Notes under the pieces: model-generated
The model's input: the letters and a program-made list of their open reading frames with translations, nothing else
Databases searched by the model: none
What the model was told of the DNA's origin: nothing
Program-made: the position numbers and the translations under genes
Part shown: positions 11,301 through 24,300 of the stretch, piece after piece
Layout: each line of letters opens with the position of its first letter
Position numbering within the stretch: position 1 is the stretch's first letter
Source: Seison nebaliae
Taxonomy: Eukaryota
Assembly (NCBI GenBank): GCA_023231475.1
Contig: JALJEE010000757.1
Location: 1-35,460, forward strand
DNA length: 35,460 bases
Direction: 5' to 3'

Positions 11301-12210
11301 TTCCAGCAGTTGCTGTGGCATTATTCGAAAACGCATTTCCAAATAATGATTTCGAAGTATTCGTTCCCGTATTTGTATTCGATCCAAAAACTGATTTCGA
11401 TCCAAATAATGATGAAGATGATGTGGACGCCGGTTGGTTAGTTGACGGTTGACCAAAAATGGAAGAAGTTCCAGTCGATGTACTACCACCACCGAACAAT
11501 CCACCAGCACTTGTTGATGTTGACGTTTTATTTCCAAATAAAGAATTGGTAGTACCAAATAAACCAGATGATGACGATGTAGTTGCTGAGGTGGTTAGAG
11601 CCATTGATGATGTACCGGTTGAACCAAATAAACCACCAGTCGATTGTTTCGTACCAAACAAAGAACCAGTTTTTGTATTGCTCAATGAGAGACTGTTACT
11701 CGTTCCCAAAGGAAATTTATTTGTCGTTTGTGTTCCAAACAAACTGCCGCTCGTATTGGTAGTGGTTGATCCAAAAATATTTTTGTTTCCCGTCGTCGTC
11801 GATAATGAACTGGAAGTAGAAAACAAACTATTCGATTTCCCACCGAAAAGTGACGATCCCATCGAAGTACCAGCATTAGGAGTCGATTGAGAACTGAACA
11901 ACGTACCAGCACTATTTCCGGTAGTCGTTCCGTTTTGCTTATTCTTCATAATCTCATAATCTTCCAATCTCAACTCTTCGAGACATTTATTCTCGAATTG
12001 ATTCATTCCGGTAATCGAAATGATTTTTGTCGAATTCGCAAAACGAGCGTTAGGCTCACTGAACGAAGTGACTTGATATGGGACATTGTGAGTCCCGCGA
12101 GTTCCATTCGTCATTGACATACCATTGGATGACGACGAATTGCCACCGAACAGATTGGATGAATTACCAGAAGAAGAGAATAAACTCTTCGAACCAAACG
12201 AACTGAACAT
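8386..12210 (-). CDS. NUP98: Nuclear pore complex protein Nup98-Nup96 precursor, intronless, 1274 aa
   Basis: N-terminal SLFG/GLFG/FG repeats, GLEBS motif ([22 protein letters not shown]), NPYG motif, autoproteolytic domain (YGQVKF...[21 protein letters not shown]...[11 protein letters not shown]), then a helical Nup96-position tail. Confidence 0.96.
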   Translation of the reverse strand: [1274 protein letters not shown]

Positions 12211-12788
12211 TATGAGAAACGGAATAAAATAAATCTATTCTCTTTGGCAATTAGCGTCGAAGACAGAATGTAAAACAAATTCGTTTAATTTTACAAAAGT
12301 TAATTTATTAAATTTCGTCACATTTTTTTATAACGTTCTACCAATCAGGATATTTAAGTAATTTCTAATAATTTCCTAATTTAAATGTTAAGCTCCAACA
12401 TTATTTTCATTGCGACAGTTTGATAATTAATTTCTTCGACCATATATCTACGGGTTTAAAAAAATTGTCAATTGGAATTTTTGGCTTTCTTCCGATTTGA
12501 AAATTCCTCCTAAAATTCATGCAATATTAACTATAATAATAAATGAGGAACTTATAATTAAATACAATTTACTTACAATATTGAAATTGTTAATAAGTTG
12601 AGAATAATACGTAATGAAGTTACATAATTAATTTTTGTCAGAAGATGAAGTCTTTCTAGAATTACGGATTCTGATAAGCTTATATAACTATTGTCTTTAA
12701 AATTGAAGCTTATTATTTCGAATGGTATCTTTATTGTCGTCATTTAATTAAAATTTTTACAAAACTTTATCTTTTAGTAATTTTATTT

Positions 12789-14408
12789 TTATCTTCGTAT
12801 GTTCATTGATCCATCACGACACGTTTCATAAGTCAATCTTGAAGATGTTACTGTACTGATTTCATCCAACATTTCTCGAATATTTGTTCGTCGTTGTATC
12901 AACGAACGAGTTACTATGGGTGAACGTGTGAGGGCTGGAGAATTTATAGGATGACTTTGAGCATTTCTATAAAAATTCAAATTTATCTCACGATTCTGTT
13001 GACGTACCAATGCTCGATCTCGATTCACGAGCTGTCTCGTAATAACACGATTGGTAGAAATGCGATTTGTTGTCACTCCAACGTTTGAGGTTGTCGTTCT
13101 TGGTCTCCTTAATGTCATTCCCATGGAAGTCATTCTTTGTTGACTATTAGTTGAATTTACTGCCGTGACAGGTCTACTTCTTCTGGTTGTGCGTCTTCTT
13201 GTGGTTGTTGGTCGTTGGACTCTTCTCCTCCTTCGAACAGTTCGTCTTTGAGACGTCCGAAGAGTAGTTCTCCTTCGCCTCCTTGGTCTACTTGCAGTTC
13301 GTCTGCTAACACTAATCTGACTCAATGTACCACCGTTAAGTCGTCGAGCTAAGACAGGTAAAATTCTTCGATTTCTTGTTATTCCATTTCTATTTTGACT
13401 TCTTGTTCGTCGAGCAATTGGAGTAGTCGATTGAAGAGGCAAATTAGTTGATGTCGTCAGAGTCGTTTCATTCCCGATTGTTATATTCATTCTCGATAAA
13501 TTATTATCACTTCCACTCGATATTCGTCTTCGTTTAACGAGCTCCCTCCTTCTTCTCTGAACCGGATTTTCAATATCGGACGAAGACGAACTTGATGATG
13601 TAGATGATGATGTAGATGATGTAGATGATGAAGATGATGATGATGATGATGAAGATATGGATGATGAATCGCTTAATGAACCATCATTTATTGAATCAGT
13701 AGTATTATTATCGTTTGACGAAGACATTTCTGATGATGAGATTCGTAGTCTGGTACGTCTTTCATTAATTTCAAGGATGGGAGGAAGAAATTCACTAAAA
13801 ATATCATCAATTCTCGTTCGACTTCTGGTGGAAACGTTCGATCGATTTAATTCTGCTTCTGTAAGTTGAAAAGACACGTCTTGATCCTCTTCGTCATCAT
13901 TCGAACTCGGATAATCACAATGATGACAAACCCATGGAATTCGACTATTCCTTCGATGTCGAGTGCATGTTCTGTGCACAGTGAAATCACATAATCCACA
14001 TGAAACAGTTTCTTGCCCTTCACGAATGGGAGTGTTACAAATTTCACAAAAATCATCTTCATTGTCTTCATCTCGTTTATCAATCGGTATTACTTCGATC
14101 TGAAAGAGAGTTCATTCTAAGATCAACAAATAATATTAACCGAGTCCAAATATTTGCGTTCGATCAGATCGTAAATTCTCAATCGACTAATTGGCAGTCT
14201 ATCCAGTGGACAAGTACTGGCAACCTATAAGTGAAGATTTCACGTTTCTTAATCAAGTACTATATCAATCAAACGCATTAACTTTCGTCCACTGAATAAT
14301 GCAAGATCGACAGAATTGATGTTGGCACTCCACCGGAGTGGCAACTATATGACGGATTTCATCCACACAAATTGGGCAATTCTCTTCAACTGTTACCTCT
14401 TCGCTCAT
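12789..14408 (-). CDS. PHRF1: RING finger + PHD finger protein (PHRF1-like), 3 exons, 506 aa
   Basis: Exons 14408-14283, 14224-14141, 14099-12789 (introns 58 and 41 nt). RING CPICVD...ECQHQFCRSCIIQWTK|VASTCPLDR (CPxDR is typical of PHRF1/SCAF11 RINGs), PHD CEICN...SCGLCDFTVHRTC...WVCHHC, then poly-Ser and Arg/Thr-rich low-complexity tail. Confidence 0.8.
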
Positions 14409-14652
14409 CGTCCAAATGAAGAAAATGAAAGAGTTGGAGAAAATTAATGAAACTTAAAATAGTTAACGAAATGAATATAATAAAATAAAGCTTAAAATTT
14501 ATGATTTTAATTATTTTTGTCTAAATTTTTTTTTCAAAAAAAAGTTACTCAATTTAACTAAATTCAAAAATTTAGGCTCGCCTTATTTCATGTTTATTGC
14601 TATTATTTAATACTATAACTATTTATTCTACGTCATTTATTGTCGATTGTTC
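14409..14652. promoter_or_regulatory. Probable bidirectional promoter region between PHRF1-like and COG8
   Basis: Only 244 bp of very AT-rich DNA separate the two divergent start codons. Confidence 0.5.
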
Positions 14653-16506
14653 ATGGACATGAAGAGTCATTATGGAACGATCGAATTTAAACTTCAACAG
14701 GAATTGATCGAAGATGTTGAATTGAACGCGAAAGATTTAGACATTGTCCTCAAATATTTAGATGAATTGAATAAATGTTCAGTTAAGGAACTTCACGAGA
14801 GAACTGGAAGAATCGAGAAAGAAAAGAATCTACTTCTCCAACGAATACATCAATTAGCGTCAATTCATTATCGTTCGTTCGTAGACAGTGCTCAATCAAC
14901 TAAATTAGTAACTAATGAATATGAAAAGTTGATAAATGATCAATTTGATGAGATTAAATCGAATGAAATGCAATTGTTCGAAGAAACATTGAAAAAAACA
15001 GAAATTGGACTCTTATCAACACAGAAGAAGAAATTGACGGAATTATTGTTCGATTCTGATAAGTTGTTCATTTTGGTTCGAGATCTCAATGACATTTTTA
15101 ATTTAATTAATTTGTGTGTGAGAAATTATCGATTTGACGAGATGTTCGATTTGATTAATTATCTGTCAATGAACATTCTAAAACAAAATCCAGAAAATAT
15201 CGTTTCCAAACATCTTAGAAAGATCATCGACAAATCGTTAAATTTTGCCGCTTTCACCGTGATACAACGATTAGCATCGCCACAATTATCTCTGTCTGAT
15301 TCGTTAAGGAATATTTCACTTTTATCACAATTGAATATGGGTGATGACGAATATCGTCGTCGATTAGTTTTACAGACGAAAACATGTACGTTCCTCAATC
15401 GAATTCAAATGATCGAAAACGTTAAATTGAAATCACATTTCATTGAAGAGATCCGTATGATAATTCATTCAATTTTCACTCATTATAAAGTTTTGTTCGC
15501 TACTTCCACTTCCAATTTAGATCAGGATAAGAAGAAAACAATCAATGAATCAAATGACGAGTCGCTCAATATTCTACTGAACGAATCGTCGTGTTTTTTT
15601 GAAGAAGAAATTATAAAAGATGAGAAGAAAGATATCGTTTTCGCTTCGTGGATGTTTGAATTCTTAGGAACGTTTCTGATCGATCCTCATCTGCATAAAT
15701 TATTGGTGAACGATAACGAGTTCGTTCCGTTGAATGATCTCTGCTATTTGAATTCATCACTGGGACGAATTGGTTTCGATCTCAGTCTCATTACCATGGC
15801 AACAGTCGAACATCAATTCAAAGTGAAGACGAAGGAAATTATTCAGAAAGCTAAATCTGATATAGATTCATATCTTCTTCGAAACAAAAATGAAGATCCA
15901 GGAGAATCGGAAAATCGGTTTAAGAATCCAAACATAACTATCGAATCATTTCCTCTTCTCGATAATAAGAATTTGGTTTTCTCATCACTAATACAGAAAA
16001 AGAACGTTTCCTTAACATTCCAATCAAAGAAATTAACGAATCAATTATTTGGTAAATATCAGATCAATGACGAAGAGATGCAACTCATATCCCAAAATAT
16101 ACCTCTTGCCATATATTTCAATATGATTAGTTGTCTCTTCAATCATTATCGACATTTACCCACATATCGACTCATTCCTTTCTTAAACGAACAAATTACC
16201 GAAGTCACCAAACATCTAATTTCTTCTTTCTCCAATAAATGGACTGATGATCGATTATCTTCTCTCATTCTCTCCATTATATCAACAATGCAACTGAGTC
16301 TCATTAACTTGACCATTTTGGGAGATGATATCTCTTCTTCTAAATTCAACACGGATCATTTACAGGAATATGAGCTTCTGTTATTAACTTCAATAAAACA
16401 ATTATCCTCCTTTGTAAATTTATCATCGATTCCATTCTGGTCACTCAAAAGTCTAATGGATCGCTCATTCAATTTACATTCGTCCATTCAACCAATCTTC
16501 TCCTGA
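14653..16506 (+). CDS. COG8: Conserved oligomeric Golgi complex subunit 8 (Dor1 family), intronless, 617 aa
   Basis: First ATG at 14653. Dor1-like motifs YLDELNKCSVKEL...QLASIHYRSFVDSA, LINLCVRNYRFDEMFDL, YLNSSLGRIGFDL, PLAIYFNMISCLFNHYR. Confidence 0.85.
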   Translation: MDMKSHYGTIEFKLQQELIEDVELNAKDLDIVLKYLDELNKCSVKELHERTGRIEKEKNLLLQRIHQLASIHYRSFVDSAQSTKLVTNEYEKLINDQFDEIKSNEMQLFEETLKKTEIGLLSTQKKKLTELLFDSDKLFILVRDLNDIFNLINLCVRNYRFDEMFDLINYLSMNILKQNPENIVSKHLRKIIDKSLNFAAFTVIQRLASPQLSLSDSLRNISLLSQLNMGDDEYRRRLVLQTKTCTFLNRIQMIENVKLKSHFIEEIRMIIHSIFTHYKVLFATSTSNLDQDKKKTINESNDESLNILLNESSCFFEEEIIKDEKKDIVFASWMFEFLGTFLIDPHLHKLLVNDNEFVPLNDLCYLNSSLGRIGFDLSLITMATVEHQFKVKTKEIIQKAKSDIDSYLLRNKNEDPGESENRFKNPNITIESFPLLDNKNLVFSSLIQKKNVSLTFQSKKLTNQLFGKYQINDEEMQLISQNIPLAIYFNMISCLFNHYRHLPTYRLIPFLNEQITEVTKHLISSFSNKWTDDRLSSLILSIISTMQLSLINLTILGDDISSSKFNTDHLQEYELLLLTSIKQLSSFVNLSSIPFWSLKSLMDRSFNLHSSIQPIFS

Positions 16507-16994
16507 ATCATCATTATTATCGCTAAATTTATTCATTAATTATTTAACATCCACTTTATTTCAATGATAAACCCGATTCTCGATTTTTTCCAGAATAAAT
16601 TAATTTAATTCCCGATTTAGCTTCATTATAAAAACTTTAATGTTTTATGAACAATACAAAAATCGTCCAATAAAATTCTTTGCATTGATTACCAATTTAC
16701 TTTGTCATTATATCATTGTTATTAGGAGTATTCACAGATGGAGTGAAGAAAAGAATAAGAAAGGAAGAAATTGAAAAAGAAAAAAAGATTATCAATGCAG
16801 TAAAAAATTTCGACATTCACAATCTAGAAGAATTCTTTTGTAAAATATATTCAATTTTCAACTTTGATTTGTAAGATATTATTTTGTATATAAAATTATT
16901 TTCTTTGTTTAGTAGTTTTTTAATTTGTTACATAATAAATTTTTGTTCTTATAATGTCTTTCTTCAACTCTATTTTCTTAAAAAATTTGACTTT

Positions 16995-17262
16995 AGAGTG
17001 ATTTCCTCTCCGAAATGGAGTTAATATATGATTTTAGAGTGAATTCCTCTCCGAAATCTAATAAAGTGGGTGAATTCCTCTCCGATATCGATCTAAATAG
17101 TGCATTCCTCTCCGAAATGGACTTCTCACTATTTTGAGCGTGAATTCCTCTCCGAAATCGAAGAATCAGCGTGAATTCCTCTCCGAAATTTTGGGTGAAT
17201 TCCTCTCCGAAAACAAATAAGAGGGTGAATCAAAACACAGGGCGAATACTGCTCCGCGACCC
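16995..17262 (-). mobile_element. Foldback/Mutator(Phantom)-like terminal repeat array, copy 1
   Basis: About 7 full and 2 degenerate copies of GTGAATTCCTCTCCGAAA with variable short spacers; putative terminus reads GGGTCGCGGAGCAGTATTCGCCC on the minus strand from 17262. Confidence 0.65.
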
Positions 17263-18133
17263 AAGTATCGTTCCACTAAGAGAAGTGGCAAAGGTTTCAG
17301 ACCGCTAACATGAAACAATAATGCTCTATTAAAAGGCTTGCCACATCCGAGTAACATACTTACTGCTCGGTTATATGCTCGATCGAGGGAAAGTAATGAT
17401 TTCCGTGTGTTCGATAAGGAGACGGCGAGATCATAGAATTCACAACAAAACGTTACAAACCAACGAAGCTTCAAAGTAATGGAGAAGAATTTACAACGAG
17501 GCGAACGAGGCAACGAATTTACAAAAGAATAAAACATTCTAAGAAATTTGCATCGTATCTTATCCAGAAATTCAATTTCTTTTGCAACCAATTTTTTCAA
17601 TTCACTGCTGGCAGGAAAATAGGAGATGTTGGTGAGAATTTTTGATTTCGAGTCATTGCACACTATACATCTCTCACATAAACGTAATTTTACTAATCGG
17701 ATGATGGATAAAGATTGCATAGCATTATTTGCGCATATCACCATATCATCTGCATAAGCATAAAGAGCTGGAAATGAATGATTCAACATTGAGAAAGAAT
17801 AGAGATTATTTACTTCACATAGAATTTCATCGATGATTTTGCCGAAAATCCAGGGAGCAAGAATTTAACCCTGTCTTTATTAATCGGAAAAAAATCAGAA
17901 CTCACCAAATTCAACTTGATGATACCATAAGAATTAGTGAATATTTGATTAATGAAGGAAATAGATTGATCATCTAATCCAGCGTCGTATAACACTCTCG
18001 TACCATGACACATGCTCGCCGAGTGGAATGCTTTCGAAGCGTCAATAAAATAGAACATGAATTTCGAGTTGACGGAATGACTGAAGGAAATAAATGTAAG
18101 CGTGCTGAATATCCCTACTTCGTTAATTTTCAA
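17263..18133 (-). pseudogene. Degenerate non-LTR retrotransposon (LINE) reverse transcriptase fragment
   Basis: FIDASKAFHS, then after a frameshift RQG*ILAPWIFGKIIDEIL, then AYADDMVI and CNDSKSKIL; frameshift plus stop near 17870; cut at its 3' side by the repeat array. Confidence 0.85.
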
Positions 18134-18182
18134 TGAGGAAAAACCCCTTAAAATCTCATTTTTCTCTTCAATTTTTTTTTTC

Positions 18183-18220
18183 GGGGGGGGAAAGTAATTC
18201 GGGGTGAAAGTAACAGCATC
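18183..18220 (-). repeat. Short remnant of another repeat-type transposon terminus
   Basis: Two copies of GGGGKGAAAGTAA (cggggggggaaagtaattcggggtgaaagtaacagcatc) forming a small GC island beside the RT relic. Confidence 0.3.
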
Positions 18221-18339
18221 AAAATTATATTTTATTTTTTAATGTATTTGGACTTGAATTACAAAAAGTTAATAGTTATTATCATTTGGAATTATTTTAG
18301 AGTTATGTCGAGGAACTTTCCTTGAGATTGATCATAATG

Positions 18340-21300
18340 TTATTCTTTTCGAAAGCAACGTAAAGTTGGTGTGCCGTTTGACGACAATGAGCATTGACAA
18401 ATTTCAGATTTTCTTCTGAATAATATTCGATTAAGTATCCAAGATGAGAGATGGTTGTATGTTTCCTTTCGCAAATTCTTCTTCATTCGTTTACTAATGA
18501 AACGATGATTCATTAATATGCCATTTGTTGCCATCACAAGATCTTGTGTGAAGTCATCAATTTTACGAATTATGAACGAATATCTTTGATCGTTTGTCAT
18601 TTTATCTGCAAAAATTTCTTTCTTATTTCGCAATGTTAGTGAATTCATCAATTCATATGGCCCTACTGCCCCGACGATAATATTTTGATCCATAAGCATT
18701 TGTTTGATTTGCAAACGTTCAAAATAAGTTGGTCGATAAGAGTTACAACTGAAATGAAGAAGCAATTTGTTTGTCAAAGGAGAGAACGGTAGATAAGGTA
18801 CCAATTTTAAAGAATCAATAAATCTTTTAGAATTTCTTTTATTCTTGTTAGTGTCAATTAGTGATAAATTGTAAAATAGTCTCAAATTAACTTGAGTTAT
18901 TTTAGTGAGACTGATGAAAGGATTATCGCCATTATTGAAATAGATTGGAGTTGGTTCAATTATATTTCCATAAGTGACAAAAGCGATTCTCACCTTTGTT
19001 GTGGGGCGATTGATTATAAATTTCATTTTAAGAATTTTAAAAAAGGTTGAGAATATTTCTTCGCGAAATAAATTATTACATTGGATATTCTCATACATCA
19101 CAACAATGTCCAATATCGCCTTTCCTCGATTCAACGTAATTGTGTCACCTATTTCCAAAACTTTGTTTAACAAACGACATTTCTTACAATGAAATTCTTT
19201 TAATTGAAAACGATTCCTATAATTGAAATCGTCTGCCAGTTTACAAAATTTCTTTGGTGTATCCTTCTGATATTTCTCATTTGCCAAATATCTGCAAAAT
19301 TGTTGTTGACTGTTAGTTGATGGGAAAATTATTTTACACATTTTTTCATCCTTCTCGTGGTAATCGGAGCTGTTCCTCCAGATATTATGTCCTTTCTGAT
19401 CATCGTCACATTTTTCATTATTCTGATTTCCAAATATACCCGACACTTTTCCAAAAGTCGATTTATCTAATTGAACGAAACATGTCTGTCGAGTAAATGA
19501 CCAACAGATGGTGAACCATGTTCTTCGTTCCAAACATAAATAAATTCCATTACGATATAACCGAAAGATATTGCCATATAAAAGTGGAACATTTCCAATT
19601 TTCTTCGCATTGAATGTGATTGAATTATCTTTACTGATTATCAACTTTCCCTCCACGTCTGATATATCGTAAATTATCATATCTGTCTCGTAACTGACCC
19701 GACCGAATACTCCTTCTAATAAAATTATTGAATTAATTCCATAATCTTTCAATCGACTAATTCTTCCATCAAAATTTAAGATAAATTTCTTCTCAATTAA
19801 ATAACTGATCGATTGACGATCAAATGCGAAGATGTTGTTCCATTTCGTTTTGAATGAAGGCAAATAGAATATACGAAATAAATCTTGAAAAATATCTTTC
19901 ATCGTTCCCAAATACCGTAATATCTGACAATATAAATTACTAGAAAAGTTCTTCAAAAATTTTCTCGAATTCCTCCACAATTCCGGAATGGTATTGGACA
20001 AATGTTCAACTGGAACGATTAATGGTATTGAAAGTTGTAATTCTGATCTTGATCGAAATATGAATTGGAAGGTATTACTCCATCGACGTAAGAACCAGGA
20101 AAGAAAAGCCGTTCTCGAATTATATGGAAAATTATGTACAAATGTATTGAATTTCCGATCGATGAACCTCTGAACCATATGCGAAATTATAACTGTGGAA
20201 TTTACTAAGTTGTTCGTATAATCATGTAGTGCATGATCGTTCATATTGACGAAAAATAGTCTTTCTGATAAGTATTTGGTGTTATTCGTTCCCATTAACA
20301 ATTCCAATCGATTGCTCAAATTCGATTTATAATGTAGAAGGAAATTTGATAGACCTTTCGCACATTTTTTTTCATTCTTCACCAAATATTGTACTATCTT
20401 TTCTGTTAACTGCTTGACTGGATTGGAGAGATATTTTTCAAGATAATTTATCAATTTCTCTCTAACAGCAATTCCAATTCGATGACGTATCGTTTGTTGA
20501 AGGTAATTTACGACACTATAAAATTTCCAATAACTTCTCATCAACATTCCAGTAACATATCGATTAACTCGATCCAATAGATGAAAGACAACTTTGCGAC
20601 TGACATATCGATATACTTCAGAAATTCCATTTCGTAATTGAGAATAATATGATTGGAATTGTAATCGAACCGCCTGATTGGCCATTTCCAAGTATTTTTC
20701 GTATTGAGCAAATGATAAATTCTCATCAAATTGCCAAATATAAATTTTCCAATCGCGAATATCTTCTAACATTGATTTAATAGATGAAAGTAACACTTTT
20801 TGTGTTATACTCAGTTTTTGTAATCGACGTGATTTCAATTGTTTTTCTTCGATGACATATTGCTGAAGAAGATGCAGAAAACGGTTTTTAAAATAATCGT
20901 TTAATTGTTCCCAGAAATTTCGTCGAATCCATCCGTTTAAGAAGAATAGACGTTTCTTTTGCAATTGAACGATCAGACGAATATCTGGTCGATAAAAATC
21001 ATTAATCTGATAGTATTTCGATGACAAGGAATATGTCAAATTATCAATAAAATATGATCGAATAACGTATTTCTCATCTTTATTATCTTCATCGAAATAA
21101 AATACGATATCGATATTTCCACTTTTTTCATTTTTCTCAATCGTCCAAAAAATTGTTGGAGATAATATAAACGCTGAATTATTTCTACTAATACGTCCGA
21201 CCCATTTGACCTTATCAGAATTTAAACGATCAAACTTCAATTCAGTTTTTGTCATCTGATCTTTCGACGTGAAGAAAGAAATATAGGTCCATTCTTGATT

Positions 21301-24300
21301 TTTATTCGAATAATCGATCGAATGCTTAAAAGGAAAAATATAACTATCCTCTTTCAATTGGATACTACTCAGAACGCTTTTGAGAGAAATGAAACGATAT
21401 TTATCATATCTTGTCAATAATAGTTGTTTCAATGACAATTCATTTTTCACAATAAATTCTGTTTCTATCCACAACTTTGTTATACCTTTTTCCTTAAATT
21501 TCTCACCTTGTGTCTTAAAAATGATTTGGTTACTAACTCTCGTATAATCGACAGTTATCATATAGTGGAATAACATTGGTGGTGTTTGCTGATTACTCAC
21601 CAGTTTTATGACAAATAATTTATCCGTCGAATTTGAAATTTTTAATGAACTGATGATCTGAGAATATTTTTTTGACAATAACAATGATAAATTAATTTCT
21701 TTCGGTTTCTTATTTCTGATTTTTTTCTGAAATTTTAATTGACCTTTCATTTCCTTTAATGATTCCACATTATAATTCGCACCAATTTCATAAGAGAACA
21801 CGTCATTTCTATCAATATGTAGTTGAATCGTCTTCGATTTCATCACTAAACGAAGATTCATCGAATTATTCAGGTTATTGCCAATATGGGAATCGAAATT
21901 AAATCGTCCTAATCGGATCAGTGTCGTATTGAGACGATATCCACATAACTCTCCAGATACTCGATTGAAACACATCAACAAGTAATATTTCTTTTCATGA
22001 AACGTATTAGGTAAATAAAGTTTTTGAAAATTAATGAAATTTTCTTTCTTTTCATTTTTCGTATAAATTCCAATTTCTAATCGTTTTCCCATAAGCAGTG
22101 TAACATTAGAATTCCACCGATATTTATTCCTAAACTGAAAATTTATTTCATTGACCAAATTATTATTCCGTTTCCAATTAAAAGAATTTTCAAAGATATT
22201 CGACGATTCATTAGAATATTTTATGAAGTGTTGAAAATCTTGAGAATTGTTTAGGTGATAATTGACAATGATATTCTTCTCATTCCATTTGATTTGTGAA
22301 GTGAGATAATGATATTTTATTTTAGATAATTCACTTTTTATCTTACATGTAATTTCACCGAAATCTATTCTTCCCAGAATTTTATATAAATTTTTATTAT
22401 CTTCTGTTTGGATGTCAATTTGATGATTTGTCGCTGAATTGTTCGAATATTTCACAATTAAATGATTTGTCAACCAATTTCTAATAATATTTTTTTCGTT
22501 CAAATTAATTTCAATTGATTTTCTCATAGAAAATTTAGGAAGTTTATCGTTCATCTCATTCACAATTTCCCAATACATTTTCGAATATAATTTTCGCTTT
22601 TCTTTAAACAAATCTCTGATGTCCAAATGAAGCACGTTCCATATTTTTAACCGGTCGACAACTTCCACATGAAAATCATTAAAAATTTTGTTTTTTCCTA
22701 AATTAAATTGATGTTTCCATTTGCCGACCAATATATCAAGATTTAATAGTTCAAAATTTAAATCAAAATCTTGTGCACTTTTTATGCACGAATGATGTTT
22801 GAAATCAAATGTTTTCAACTTGATTACATAAAATAAATCTGTTATCTTTTCATCTTTACTGTATTTGAAATTAATTGAAAATGACTTTTGATGATATTTG
22901 AATATCATTGAATTAATTGAAGTTAATTGTTTTGGAACAAACACTTTTCTGTTTTTAAAATTATCTAAAATTACATTGCCATCTGATTTTCCATCGTTAG
23001 TTGAATTTTTTATTTTAAATTCCAATATCTTCTTTTCTTTTCCATCTGATATTTTTCGGAGATCCAAGTAACAGAATTGCTCAAAGTTTATTTCTCCAAT
23101 TTTCAGATTTAGATCATAAATTATTTGATTGTTTTTAGGGTATTTGTAAATTTGTTTCTGGTGAGAAAATAAATTGCTCGGAAATTCTAATCTGTATATT
23201 ACATTCGTTGATGTTTCATGCATTCTTAGAGTGATGTCGTTATTATTGTCCCAATTGACGAAAATATTTCTATCATCATTCTTCTTCTCCATTCGAAATT
23301 GGTATTTATGATAATTTCCTAGATTTCCTTTCTTTTTCATTCTAAATTGAATGTCATATTCATTTTTTCTAATAAAATGAACATTACTTTCTAAGGTGAT
23401 GGATTGTCTTTGATTTTTATCGATTTGATTCTGTGAATGAAATTCTATTCTTAATAAATTCCCAATTTTCTCATAAAAATATAAAGTTTCTAGATTTCCA
23501 TTCACTAACTCCAACAATAATTTCCGGTTTTCATAACCGACTTTGTATTTGAAAATCGTTTTGGATGTGGTAGGGTGTTGGATCTCTAATAAATTTGAGA
23601 AACTCATGTCACTCTTCCCAAATATCACATCTAACGTAAATTGACTTTTTCTTCCAACTATCGCCACGTTGAAATTTTCTTGAAGTGTAAATTCGTTGGA
23701 ACGATATTCGATTCGGTGATCGATAATTACATCCGATCGTGCCTCCAAATAGAAATTCTGATGATTGATGATTAATTTGAATGTGAAAAAATTATTTAGC
23801 ATATCTTCATAATCATATTCAATTGAAATATCTAATTTACATTGATATTTTGCAATATCTGCCGTCACTTGCCATGATTGTATTCGATTCCTCAAGACTT
23901 CCACTTCCAACCACTTTTTCTTATTGAAATTAATCGTCGATTTCCATTCTCCAATCATTTCATAATCAATTTGTAAGAAAACAAATTTTTCAAGTTTCAT
24001 ATTGAAACTTGTAACGAGTTGAGCAAAATCGGAATGCAAGATCAAAATTCCTTTCAATTTTCCATTGAGAACTTTTAAATCATGTTGAAATGTAATGAAT
24101 GATGACGTATTATGTTTTTCATGTGTTCGAATACAACTTAAATCAATGTCCAATTTGTCGATATTTATAAGAAAATTATATTGTAGACCAGTAGACAATG
24201 TGCATTTACTTTGGCCAATATATCGACTTTTTATAAGATCTACAAAAAACTGAGTTGTTATGGATTGAAATCCTCTTAGATGATATTCAGCAGAAATATT

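Noticed and set aside
9043..12117. Plus-strand and alternate-frame ORFs over Nup98, and similar short ORFs over COG8, PHRF1-like, the lipid transfer gene and the transposase
   Set aside because: Shadow frames of real coding sequence with no independent motifs.
12400..12745. Possible small gene between Nup98 and the PHRF1-like gene
   Set aside because: A 56-codon minus ORF and an intron-like gap exist, but I could not join them into a consistent frame or recognise a product.
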